From an uncultured Chloroflexia bacterium (GTDB lineage: Bacteria; Chloroflexota; Anaerolineae; JAAYZQ01): 64,000 nucleotides of DNA. The first letter of the stretch is position 1. Every line of letters begins with the position of its first letter. Below the pieces are notes generated by a model. That model did no database searches. It was not told where the DNA came from and saw nothing but the letters and a program-made list of their open reading frames with translations. Positions 26,180-36,731 of this stretch are shown here, one piece after another. The stretch is taken from positions 192,001 through 256,000 of the forward strand of contig CAVOXA010000014.1 in assembly GCA_963700285.1 (NCBI GenBank), in the 5' to 3' direction. The translations under genes were made by a program, and so were the position numbers.

Positions 26180-29100
26180 TACCTTCACGTCCTGGCCCAG
26201 CACCCAGGCCTACGGACCTACGTCCATACTTCCGAGTTCGAGACCTCCACTATATCCGACTATCGGTCACCGGCCACGGTGGAGCAGCCGCTCTGTGCAC
26301 GATGTCCACTGTCCTCGGCAACCAGCAACTTGGGAAAAAAATTCCCTCCCTGACAACTTCACATGGGCAACGGGTTGTCTGTCACCACGTCTCATTGCTC
26401 ACGGAGCAGCGCGAAACCACACAGCTCGCACATTCCCACCAGCACACAGTAAAGCATCACGATGGTGCGCCCGCATCGGACAGGTACAAGGGAAGGCGAC
26501 GGGCGGGTGAACCTGTTCCGCATCACATTCGTCGTCCTCGGTGGTGCGGCCTCAAGGCAGGTGGACCTGCGCCGTCGTCTCCCGATGGACATCGGCAACT
26601 GGCCAGATCGACGACGACTTTGCGCGCTGGCCAAGCCGCTCGGCTTCGGCTTCTATCCTCTTCGTCGCCGACGCGGTGCTGCTGGTGGCTTCGCCGATCC
26701 AGCGCGCGCGCGAACGACTACAACCCGGAGATCGGCCAGCGAGCGATGCGCTACGCACCCGGTGGTGAAGCGGCTGTGCGTGCTGCTGGAGCTGCTCGAC
26801 AACTGGGCGTGTTTGCGCGTCCGGGCGTGCTGCGCTTTCTGGTGCTGGACGAGGTGCACACCTACACCGGCAAGCGCGGCGCCGACGTGGCGGCGCCTCA
26901 TCCGCCGGCTGAAGCAGCACACCAGCACCGACGGGAGCGCTGCGCTGCATCGCCACCAGCGCCACCGTCGAGAGCCAGCCGGCGGCGACCGGAAAGGCGA
27001 GGACGCGAGCCGCGCATCGCCGATTTTGCCACACCGCTCTTTGGCGAGCCATTCAGCCGGAGGACGTCGTCACCGAGCAGTACGCGCCCCTGCCCGACGA
27101 CCTGCCGCCCCTCACCCGCGCGCATCGCCGAGGCCCTGGCCGACGGCCCCAAGACCCTCCACCAACTGGCTCGCCGACCTGGACGCCACCCCCGACAGAT
27201 CCAGCAAGCCCTCTCCAATCTCCAAGCTGCCAAGTCTACCAGCCAGTCTCCCGTCCCCAAGCTCCACGCCTTCTTCTCCCAGGGCCGCGCCATCACCGCC
27301 TGCCTGGCCCCCGAGGGACCGCACCTCAACGACCGGGGCGAGATCACCTGCCCCGCCTGCGCGACGCGGGACGGGCGGGAGCGCCCGACCTTCCCCTGGT
27401 CTTTTGCCGCGCCTGCGGCCAGGAGTTCTGGAGCGTGGCCGTGGACGAGGCGGGCCGGCTGCACCCGGCCGAACTGGACGCGGTGGACGTGCCGGGCGGC
27501 TGGGCTACCTGCTTGCCGGCCAGCCCGACGATCGAGCTGCCGGAGCACTGGCTCGACGCCCACGGGCAAGGTGCGCGGCGGCACGCGGGGCTACACCGAC
27601 GTGTGCCGGAGCCGCACACCGTCTGTCCCGATCTGCGGCCGGCTGGACGGCGACTGCGATCACGCAGAAGCGATGCCGCGTGACCGTTCCTGCCGGCACC
27701 CTTTCTCTTCTGCCCCACCTGCGGCATCGTCCACGACCGGCGCTCGCGCGAGTACAACAAGCTCTTTACTCTTTGGCTCGGTGGGCCGCTCGACCGCCAC
27801 CGACGTGCTGGTCAGCGCCCAGGTGCAGGCCCTGCCCCGGGACGCGAACAAGGTGATCGCCTTTTCCGACAACCGGCAGGACACGGCGCTGCAGGCGGCG
27901 CACATGAACAGCCTGCACAACCGCTTCACCTTCCGGCGGACGCTGTACACGGCGCTGCGGGAGGGTAGAGCCACGTGGTGGGCGAGGCGGGCGCTGCGCA
28001 GCGCACGGGCGGCTGCTGTTCGAGGCCAGGCGCGGCACGGCGTGCTGCCCGAGTTTCGCACCAGCCAGCGCATCTTCGGCCGGGACGGCAGGCAGAGAGC
28101 GCGCTACCAGCAGGTACCTGGACTTTGTCATGCTCCTGTGGGAGCTGGGCGGCACCCACCGGCGCACGCACCAGAACCTGGAGGACGTGGGGCTGCTGGT
28201 CGTCGGCTATGACGGCCTGGACGCGTGGCCGCGGCGGACGACTACTGGGCCGACGTGCCGCACATGGCCGACCTGGATGCCGACGCGCGCTACGACGTCC
28301 TGCTGGGCTTGCTCGACCTGATGCGCAAGCGCGCCTGGGCCATGCGACCATCCTCGAGCCCTTCCGGCTTCCGGACGGACGTTCTGGACAAGTCAACGAG
28401 GAGGCACATCCACGACGAGCTGCCTTTCGCGGCCCCATCGGCTACAGCGACGACAGCGAGTACACAACTCTCGTAGGGCGCGGTGTACCGCTGACCGGCA
28501 CCAACACCCAGCCCGTGGTCTGGATCAAGCGCGCTTCGGGCGTTGGGCCTGGATTACCGGCACACGCCGACGCCGTGGTCCTTCCGCCGCGTGGCCAGAG
28601 CTGGGCGACCCCGGACGCCGAGTTCCTGGTCGGCACACACGTGCAGCGGCTACGGGCGAGCGCTACGACCTGTGGATGTCTACTCCTGCCGATGCTGTCG
28701 GCCCTGGGCCGACCCGGCAGCGGAGCAGTGGCGCTGTCCCAAGTGCGGCACGGTGCATCACTTCCGGCCCCTGCGGGTCTGCACCGGCTCCACCTGCCGC
28801 ACGACGCTGATGCGGCGAGGACCTGGCCGGGAACTATTTCCGGCAGGTCTATGCCACACCGCTGGGCGAGGCGGTGCCCGTCCAGGCCGAGGAGCACTCG
28901 GGCCAGGTGCCGCGGCCAGGAGCGGCGCGGAGATCGAGGTGCGCTTCCGCGAGGCCGAGGCTCCGCTCAACGTGCCTCATCTGCACGCCGACCATGGAGC
29001 TGGGCATCGACATCGGCCACCTGAACGCGGTCACTCTGCGCAACGTGCCGCCCAGCCCCTCCAATTACGCCCAGCGGGCCGGGCGCGCCGGGCGGAGCGG

Positions 29101-31172
29101 GCAGGCCTCGCTCATCACCGTCTTTGCCGGCGTCGGCGCGGCCCGCGGCCCGCACGACCAGTACTTCTATCGCTTTCCGGAAAAGATGATCGCCGGGGCC
29201 AATCGCCCGCCGCGCTTCCGCCTGGACAACCGGCCCTGATCCCGGCCCACATCCACGCCCTGGTGCTGGAGACGCTGGGGCTGACCGGGACGGAGCGGCT
29301 GCCGGGCCGGCCCATCGGAGCTGCTCGACCTGGAGAGGTGGGATCTTCCTCTCTATCCCGGCTGGGCAGCAGCCTACCGGGCGGGCATGGACCGCTACTT
29401 GGCCCGACATCGCCGACGCGGTGGGCGAGGCCTTTGGCCGCCGAGATGAGGCCGATATCGACTGGTTCGACGCGCCTTTGTGGACGAGGCGAGTGCGGAG
29501 CTTTGTGGATGCCCTGGACGGGCCATGGACCGCTGGCGGGCCGAGTACGAGCGGCTGGACGAGGAGCGGGAGGAAATGAACCGCCTCCTGGGACGCGAGG
29601 GGGCCGGCGACCGGCCCTGAACCGGCGGCGGATCGTGGTCGAGGGCAAGACGGCAGGCCATGCGCGAGGGGCAGAGGGACTGGTACCTGTACCGCTACCT
29701 GGGCGGCGAAGGGTTCCTGCCCGGCTATGCCTTCCCGCCGCAGGCGGCGAGTCCTGTCCTTCGACGAGCAGGAGGACGAGCTGGCCCGCGACCCGGCCAT
29801 CGCCCTGACCGAGTACGCGCCGGGCAATTTCGTCTACTACCGCGGCGCACGCTACGAGATCACCCACGGCCGGCCCCGCACCCGCGGCGAAAACCTGCTG
29901 GCCTTTGAGAAGGTGCTGATCTGTCCTGAGTGCGGCACGGCCTACCTGGGCGCAGGACGTCCAAGCGCGCTGCCTGTGCCTGCTGCGGCGGACTCGTTCA
30001 CAGGCGTACACCCCATCCAGCGCGCTCTGCAGATGCCCGACATGGTCGCCCACCGGCGCACGTCGCATCACCGCCGATGAGGAGGAGCGCATGCGCCGTG
30101 GGTACCTGGTCGAACCACACTACCAGATGGGAGACGATGTCCAAGCCTACCAAGTCTCGCACGGCGGCCAGGCCGCCTTCGAGTTGACCTACGAGCACAA
30201 CGGTCGCATTATCGTCGTCAATCAGGGCACACGACAGACCGAGCAGGACAACGAGCCGCCAGGCTTTACCTTCTGCCGGGCCTGCAACCGCTGGCTGGTG
30301 GGAAAGAATGCCATTGAGGAGCATTCCGGCGAGGGCGGCAAGTGTCCCCGGCACGCGCGAAGCGAGGACATTCTGGGCGGCATCTATTTGTTCACCGACT
30401 CCCGCAATGATGTAGTGACCCTGGTTTGTCCCCAGCCCGGCGACGTGCCTGACGCCGACGCTTTCTATACAACGCTGCTGCACACATTCAAGCAGGCGCT
30501 GCTCATCACCATGAACCTGGATGAGAGCGAAGTGGGCGGTTTCCTGGCGGCGGTGTCCGTTGGCGAGGAACGCCAGCGCCTCGTGCTATACGAAACAGCC
30601 GAGGGTGGCACCGGCGCCGTCGAGTCCCTGACCGATCCCCATCGTCTGCTGGCGGTCATCCGGAATGCTCAGGAACTCCTCCATGAGGACGAGCCGGAGC
30701 AGGGCTGCGAGAAGGCATGCTACGAATGCCTCTGCTCGTTCTACAACCAGCGAGACCACGGGCTGTTGGACCGCCATCTGGTGCTGCCCTTCTTGCGCTC
30801 GCTGGAACACGCTGACGGTTGAGGCCATACAGGCAACCATCGGCCCAACACTGGCCGAGCTGGAGGCTCAGTGCCAATCGGACCTGGAGCGGCAGGTGCT
30901 GCAGAGCCATCCACGATCGTGGCCTGCGCCTGCCAGATGCTGCGCAGAGAATCCTCTACGATGGAGATGAGCCGATTGCCATCGCGGACTTCTTCTACGA
31001 GCCCCGGATCGTGGTCTTTGTCGATGGCTCGCCGCATCACCAGGATTACGTCCAGGCTGCTGATGACTGGAAGCGGCGCCGGCTGGTGGCCAGAGGGTAC
31101 CGGATTGTGGTGGTGCGCGGGGAGGAGATGGAGGCTGGGTTGAGTGACCTGGCTTCGCGGCTGATGAGTTGA
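26180..31172 (+). CDS. DEAD/DEAH helicase fused to DUF1998 and a C-terminal DUF559/Vsr-like nuclease domain (heavily frameshifted; start approximate)
   Basis: [85 protein letters not shown]; DUF1998 [19 protein letters not shown]; [33 protein letters not shown]. Confidence 0.85.
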
Positions 31173-31195
31173 CGCGTCAGGTGGACACTGCTTTC

Positions 31196-31273
31196 AGACC
31201 TCGGGGGTCCCAGGCAGACCCCCGAGGTCTTGGCGTGTTCAGCCGGGCGGGATGATGAGCCGGCGGGCGTCGT
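31196..31273. repeat. Degenerate direct copy of the sulfatase 3' end and downstream palindrome (other copy at 34835-34945)
   Basis: AGACCTCGGGGGTC-N7-GACCCCCGAGGTCTTGGCGTnTTCAGCCG ... GGCGGGATnATGAGCCnGCGGGCGTCGT shared by both sites. Confidence 0.7.
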
Positions 31274-31348
31274 CGGGGGGTCCGGCCGTCCCTTGGCCGC
31301 GTGACCCCTGCCGACAGTTCTGTGGTATTCTCACTGCTCGCTTCGAGC

Positions 31349-31377
31349 TTGCTAGAAACCCGATTCTGTGTTAGACT
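31349..31377 (+). promoter_or_regulatory. Sigma70 promoter of the HhH/LysM operon
   Basis: TTGCTA-17 bp-TAGACT with extended TG. Confidence 0.55.
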
Positions 31378-31383
31378 TATGTC

Positions 31384-31492
31384 ATGAACTGGAGCCTCCC
31401 TACGAGGAGGACAAAGCCCTGACAGGGCTTTTGCTGCAGGAGCAGACCCGTCAGGTCTCCATGCGCGCAGCAGAAAGGGAGGGGAAGGAACC
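31384..31492 (+). ncRNA. Candidate structured 5' leader RNA
   Basis: Three hairpins (CCTCC/GGAGG, AAAGCCC/GGGCTTT, AGACC/GGTCT) within a possible TGGAG/CTCCA closing stem. Confidence 0.35.
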
Positions 31493-32767
31493 ATGCATTG
31501 GCCAAGCTTACTGATCGGCATCGTTTTGGGCTGGATCATCGAATGGCTCATCGACTTTTTCTTTACCCGCAAGAGACGCCAGGATTGGGCCGACAAAGAA
31601 ACTGACATGGGGGTCCAACTCGCAAATGCCCTGGCTGAGAACAACACCCTGCGGGCGCAGCTCACCGCACAGCAGGAAGCGGAGAGCGTAGCGGCGGAGA
31701 TGGAGACCCGGGCGCCAGAAGCGGCCGGTTTGGCCGCAGCCGGTCTGGCCACGGCCGGCTTCGCCGCGGCGGCTTTGTCCGGCGAAGGTGCGGTCGTGAC
31801 CGGGGACGACCTGACCATCATCGAGGGGATCGGCAGCAGGACGGCCGGGTTGCTGAACCAGCAGGGCATCTATACCTTTGCCGAGCTGGCAGACACGGAC
31901 GTCGATCGCCTGCGGACGATGCTGGCGGAGGGAGGTCCTGCCTTCCGCCTGGCGGCGCCCGATACCTGGCCGCGTCAGGCGCGACTGGCGGCCAATCACG
32001 ATTGGGTGAGGCTCCAGACGCTTAAGCAACAGCTCACCGGCGGCGTGCGCAAACCCGTCAAGCCGGAGCAGGTGGTGGACGACCTGACCATCATCGAGGG
32101 GATCGGGGACAAGACGGCCGAGCTGCTGAACCAGCAGGGCATCTACGCCTTTGCCGATCTGGCAGACACGGACGTGGATCGGCTGCGGACGATCCTGGCG
32201 GCGGGAGGCCCTGCCTTCCGCCTGGCGGCGCCGGAGACATGGCCGCGTCAGGCCCGGCTGGCGGCCAACCGCGATTGGGTCAGGCTCCAGTCCCTGAAGG
32301 AAGAGCTCACCGGCGGGGTGCGCCGGCCAGCGGCGCCAGAGGTCAGGGTGGAGGCTGAGGCTGAGACGCCCGAAGGAGAGGCGATCAGCGCTGAGAGCCC
32401 GGATCCGGCCGAGGAAGAAGCGGCATGGCCTATGCCACCGCCAGAGGTCGAGGCCGAGCCGCCGCTTGTGGAGGAAGAGACCAGCGACGTGGGCCAGGAC
32501 GATGTCGCCGAAGAGGCCGGAGGGCCCGAGCCGCCGCCAGAGGTCGAGGTCGAGCCGCCGCTTGTGGAAGAAGAGACCGGCGACCAAGTAGACTGGCCCA
32601 AAATCCTCGGCCAAGACGATGCCGCCGAAGAAGCCGCAGAGCCCGAGTCGCCGCCAGAGGTCGAGGCTGAGCCGCCGGCCAGGGAGGCAGAGACCGGCAT
32701 GGAAGGGGCGGATCTGGCCGCCAGCGACCGGGAAGCGGATCGCCCGCCGGCCGAGCCCGGCGCGTAG
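31493..32767 (+). CDS. Membrane-anchored protein with two helix-hairpin-helix (COG3743/DUF4332-like) domains and an acidic repeat tail
   Basis: N-terminal TM; two DDLTIIEGIG..GIYxFAxLA..WPRQARLA units with a 273-bp period; E/P-rich repeats. Confidence 0.8.
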   Translation: MHWPSLLIGIVLGWIIEWLIDFFFTRKRRQDWADKETDMGVQLANALAENNTLRAQLTAQQEAESVAAEMETRAPEAAGLAAAGLATAGFAAAALSGEGAVVTGDDLTIIEGIGSRTAGLLNQQGIYTFAELADTDVDRLRTMLAEGGPAFRLAAPDTWPRQARLAANHDWVRLQTLKQQLTGGVRKPVKPEQVVDDLTIIEGIGDKTAELLNQQGIYAFADLADTDVDRLRTILAAGGPAFRLAAPETWPRQARLAANRDWVRLQSLKEELTGGVRRPAAPEVRVEAEAETPEGEAISAESPDPAEEEAAWPMPPPEVEAEPPLVEEETSDVGQDDVAEEAGGPEPPPEVEVEPPLVEEETGDQVDWPKILGQDDAAEEAAEPESPPEVEAEPPAREAETGMEGADLAASDREADRPPAEPGA

Positions 32768-32855
32768 GCATTCGCCAAGTCCGGGGAGGAACCGGCGGGG
32801 GCAGGCAACGGACTGACCCCCGGCAGAGACGCTGCCCTGGAAAGGATGGACGGAC

Positions 32856-34595
32856 ATGACATCCGATAGCAAGTCGAGCGAAAGGAATTTCACGCTGCTC
32901 AAGGTCGCTGTATTGCTGGCGCTGCTGCTCATCCTGGTGATCGCAGTCCTCCAGGAGCGGCGCGCGGCCGAGACAGCAGATCTGGCGGTGCCGCTGCTCA
33001 ATGCGCCCCAACCGGCCGCCGGTGGGAGCACGGGCCTGTCCGGCGTGGCCGAGCCCGGGTCGACTGTGGAGCTGCGGGCCGGCGACACCCTGCTGGGCAG
33101 CGTCGCTGTGGGCGCCGACGGGACCTGGTCGTACGAGGCGGAGCTGGCGCCCGGGGAGCACGAGATCGTGGCCCGCACGCTGGATCCCTCCGGCAAAGTG
33201 GCCGCCGAGTCTGAGGCGCTGACCGTGAGCGTCCCGGCAGAGAGCCCGGAGACGGTAACAGGTACCTTCCTGCCCATGATTCAGCTTCCCGAATTCCCGT
33301 CCGAAGGAGGCTTTCGCCTGGAAGGCAGCGGCGCCCCCGGCTCTACGGTTGAGCTGTGGGCCGGCGCGGATCAGGTGGGCGCCGTGCTCGTTGGTTCGGA
33401 TGGCACCTGGTCCTTTGAAGGCGAGTTGGCCCCAGGGGACTATGAGATTGTGGCCCGCACCGTCGACACCTCGGGCCGGGTGGTCAATGAATCGGAGGCC
33501 GTGGCCGTCCAAGTCTCGGCCGTTGCTGTGGGGGCCGGGACGGAAGCCGCGGGCCCGGAACTCGTGCCGCCCGAGCCCCGCACCGACGGCGGATTTGACC
33601 TTTCCGGCAGCGCCGAGGCCGGCTCCACAGTTGAACTGTGGGATGGCGACGTGAAGCTGGGCGAGGTCATTGCCGGTGACGACGGCGCCTGGTCGTTCAA
33701 CGGCGAACTGGCGCCCGGTGGCCACGTGATCGTGGCCCGCACCGTCGACGCCTCAGGCCAGGTGGTGAATGAATCGGAGGCCGTGGCCGTCCAGGTCTCG
33801 GCCGTTGGCGCAGAGGCCGGGGCGGAAGCGTCTGGCCCGGAACTCGCGCCGCCCGAGCCCCGCACCGACGGAGGATTTGACCTTTCCGGCAGCGCCGAGG
33901 CCGGCTCCACGGTCGAACTGTGGGATGGCGACGTGAAGCTGGGCGAGGCCACAGCAGGTGACGACGGCGTCTGGTCGTTCAATGGCGAACTGGCGCCCGG
34001 CGGTCACGTGATCGTGGCCCGCACCGTCGACGCCTCGGGCCAGGTGCTGGGCCAGTCGGGCGCCGTGACAGTCACAGTTTCGGCGGGGCTGCTGGTGGCG
34101 GTTCCGCGACCGGATGAGGCACACGCCGGCGGAGAGGGTACGGTGACGCTGACGGGCACGGGCGATCCCGGAGCCACGATGGAGATCGTAGAGGATGGCG
34201 TCGTGGTGGGCACAGCGATCGTTGGCGAGGATGGCTTGTGGACGTTCAGCTATGCCGCTGTCCCGGGCGAGCACGAGTTGGCCGTGCGGGATCCGGCAAA
34301 ATCGGAGGCGCCGGGCGCCAGCGTCACCGTCGGGGTGGCGGCCGCAGCCGCGGCTGCCGCGCCTACGGATCAAGCCCCTGCCGGCCAGGCGCTATCGTCG
34401 GGCGGCCAGGCGTATGTGGTCCAGCAGGGGGACTGGCTGAAAAAGATCGCCCGCAAGTTCTATGACGATTCCAGGCGCTGGCGCGACATCATGGAGGCGA
34501 CCAATGCCAAAGCGGCGAAGGATGCGAGCTTTTCCGTGATCACGGATCCGGATCTGATCCGGCCGGGTTGGAAGCTGTGGATACCGGCGGAGTAG
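32856..34595 (+). CDS. Secreted or anchored protein with bacterial Ig-like repeats and C-terminal LysM
   Basis: TM/signal; repeated LSGxAExGSTVELW..DGxWSF units (282-bp near-identical repeats); YVVQQGDWLKKIA..PDLIRPGWKLWIP. Confidence 0.88.
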   Translation: MTSDSKSSERNFTLLKVAVLLALLLILVIAVLQERRAAETADLAVPLLNAPQPAAGGSTGLSGVAEPGSTVELRAGDTLLGSVAVGADGTWSYEAELAPGEHEIVARTLDPSGKVAAESEALTVSVPAESPETVTGTFLPMIQLPEFPSEGGFRLEGSGAPGSTVELWAGADQVGAVLVGSDGTWSFEGELAPGDYEIVARTVDTSGRVVNESEAVAVQVSAVAVGAGTEAAGPELVPPEPRTDGGFDLSGSAEAGSTVELWDGDVKLGEVIAGDDGAWSFNGELAPGGHVIVARTVDASGQVVNESEAVAVQVSAVGAEAGAEASGPELAPPEPRTDGGFDLSGSAEAGSTVELWDGDVKLGEATAGDDGVWSFNGELAPGGHVIVARTVDASGQVLGQSGAVTVTVSAGLLVAVPRPDEAHAGGEGTVTLTGTGDPGATMEIVEDGVVVGTAIVGEDGLWTFSYAAVPGEHELAVRDPAKSEAPGASVTVGVAAAAAAAAPTDQAPAGQALSSGGQAYVVQQGDWLKKIARKFYDDSRRWRDIMEATNAKAAKDASFSVITDPDLIRPGWKLWIPAE

Positions 34596-34626
34596 GATAG
34601 CGGCGGCGCACACTCGAGGCAAGAGC

Positions 34627-34663
34627 GAGCCCCTGGGCAGACAGTAGTCCCAGGGGCTCTTTG
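34627..34663 (+). terminator. Intrinsic terminator
   Basis: GAGCCCCTGGG/CCCAGGGGCTC stem followed by TTT. Confidence 0.6.
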
Positions 34664-34877
34664 GTGTGGAGAGGGAGTCGCTGTGACGTGAGGTCACGTC
34701 TGGGGTAGGTGGACAGGCCGGGCGGCAAGAAGGGCTGGTACCTGAGCAGTCGCACAGGAGTCCAAGTGGTTGGCTTCGGAGGTTGAGGCCAAGTTGAACG
34801 TCGGACTGCTCATTGGCCTGGTTGTATCGAGGGCAGACCTCGGGGGTCTGGCCTCGACCCCCGAGGTCTTGGCGTTT

Positions 34878-36401
34878 TCAGCCGAACTGCTGGGGGATGA
34901 TGCCGCCGGTGCAGCCTGGCGGGATCATGAGCCAGCGGGCGTCGTAGAGGGATCTTTCGGCGTCAAAGACGCGGCCGTCGGGCAGCATGTATTGGTTGGG
35001 CGTTCCAGGCGGGAGTCCCGATTCGAATTCGGGCAGGCGGCTCCGATCCTCGGCCAGTTGGGCGTGGACGTCGTCCCAGTCGAAATCCTGGTAGAGCCAC
35101 TGGCGCATCTGGCGACAGCGGCCAGCGTGGGCGGGTTCGGCGGCCAGGTTGGTTGTCTCCAGGGGATCCTCATCCAGATCGAAGAGCAGGGTCACTCCAT
35201 GCTCTACCTCGACGTATTTCCATCGCTCGTCGCGGACGCAGCGCCAGGCGGCGTTTGGGGCGTCGTCGGGGGTCCCGCCATAGTTGATGCGTACGCCGTA
35301 GCGGTAGGTGGCGCTGGGAGCAAACTGTCGTGGCGGGGTCGCCGAGGCGGGATCGGTGAGCAGGCCGCTGGCATCGACGCCGTCCAGGCCGGGCGGGATG
35401 GGCAGACCGGCCAGGGCACAGGTGGTGGGGAAGAGATCCATCAAGGAGATGGGATGCCGAACGGAACCACCGCCGGGAATGCCGGGGCCGGCGATGAGCA
35501 GCGGCACACCGATGGATGGATCATGGTACAGTTGTTTGCCCCAGAGGCCGTGGAGGCCCAGCATCTCGCCGTGGTCTGAGGTGTAGATGACAAAGGTATC
35601 CTCCAGAAGCCCTGCCCCTTCGAGACCATCCAGAAGCTCGCCCATGCAGTCGTCTACGAAATCGACGCAGGCATAGTAAGCCTCACGGCCGCGGACGGCC
35701 TGCTCCTCTGTGAGGTCGGGGGCAAAGCGCCGGGCAAAGGCCTCAAGGTCCTCGTCCCTGCCCACCGCCGCCGGGGGTACCTGGCCGCTGTAGCGGCGAA
35801 TGTAGCGGCCGGGCGCCGTCAGGGGGGAATGGGGCCGGCCGTAGGAGGCACAGACGAACCAGGGCGTATCGGGCTCGCGGCTTTGATGCTCCAGGAGGAA
35901 GGCCAGGGTCTCGCGGGTGACGACGACGTCCTGCATGAGGCTCTCGGGAACCTCGGTGACACCTGCGCTCTCGGCGTTGGCATAGCCGGGATACATGTGC
36001 AGCGGGTCGGGCTGGTGGCCCAAGGCATGGCGGAGATCGCCATAGGGCCGGTGCTGAAAGCCGTTCATCTGGTCGCGACCGCCAAAGTGCATCTTGCCCA
36101 CGAGGCAGGTGCGGTAGCCGTGGGCGGCAAAGTGGGCGGGCCAGGTGGGGTGTTCGGGAAAGAGGATCCAGTGGTTGGACCAGGCAGCGCAGCGATGGGC
36201 GTCACGGCCGGTCAACGTGGACATGCGGCTGGGCGTACACACGGGATTCGTGCAGGTGGCGTTGTCGAAACGGACGGCGCGGGCGGCGAGGCGGTCGAGG
36301 TTGTCCGTATTGACGATGGGATCGCCGGCAAAGCCGGCTATGTTGCGGTTGTGCTCGTCGGTCATGATCCAGAGAATGTTGGGCTGGCTGGTCATTGGCA
36401 T
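34878..36401 (-). CDS. Sulfatase (choline-sulfatase-like)
   Basis: PNILWIMTDEH, CTPSR (CxPxR), GKMHF, YTSDHGEMLG; AAGGAG RBS. Confidence 0.9.
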   Translation of the reverse strand: MPMTSQPNILWIMTDEHNRNIAGFAGDPIVNTDNLDRLAARAVRFDNATCTNPVCTPSRMSTLTGRDAHRCAAWSNHWILFPEHPTWPAHFAAHGYRTCLVGKMHFGGRDQMNGFQHRPYGDLRHALGHQPDPLHMYPGYANAESAGVTEVPESLMQDVVVTRETLAFLLEHQSREPDTPWFVCASYGRPHSPLTAPGRYIRRYSGQVPPAAVGRDEDLEAFARRFAPDLTEEQAVRGREAYYACVDFVDDCMGELLDGLEGAGLLEDTFVIYTSDHGEMLGLHGLWGKQLYHDPSIGVPLLIAGPGIPGGGSVRHPISLMDLFPTTCALAGLPIPPGLDGVDASGLLTDPASATPPRQFAPSATYRYGVRINYGGTPDDAPNAAWRCVRDERWKYVEVEHGVTLLFDLDEDPLETTNLAAEPAHAGRCRQMRQWLYQDFDWDDVHAQLAEDRSRLPEFESGLPPGTPNQYMLPDGRVFDAERSLYDARWLMIPPGCTGGIIPQQFG

Positions 36402-36731
36402 GGTCTCCTTGGTGGATGGCAGCATTGTAGCATGATTCAGGATGGAGGGCAAGAGGGGGTGGTATGCTCCTGGAGCAAGCGCGTTTGGCTGGAGACCGTG
36501 CTGCGACGTTCCGATTTCCTGTCTCAAGGGCGTTGTGGCGCACAGGGAGTGGACTCCCGCCTTCGCGGGAATGACAGAGTTGTGCCAATGGTTGCCGCTC
36601 TCGGATCTCGGGGATCGAAGCCAGACCCCCACGTTCGTGGAGGCAGGCTCCCCGAGGTCCAGCTTTGCTGATTCAGGCCGGTGCAGCCGGTCATGGACCG
36701 GCTGCGAGCACAGGTAAGGGTAAGCCTAGCC

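Noticed and set aside
26302-28212. 636-aa ORF as a real protein
   Set aside because: A mosaic of in-frame helicase segments and out-of-frame or noisy sequence created by indels.
31384-31492. Known c-di-AMP (ydaO) or c-di-GMP riboswitch
   Set aside because: Only a CCCGTCAG fragment resembles ydaO; the other conserved elements are absent.
31508-33725. Long antisense ORFs (31508-33277, 32430-33725, and similar ones such as 11965-13230 and 36810-38129)
   Set aside because: Shadow frames of high-GC genes on the opposite strand, with no recognisable motifs.
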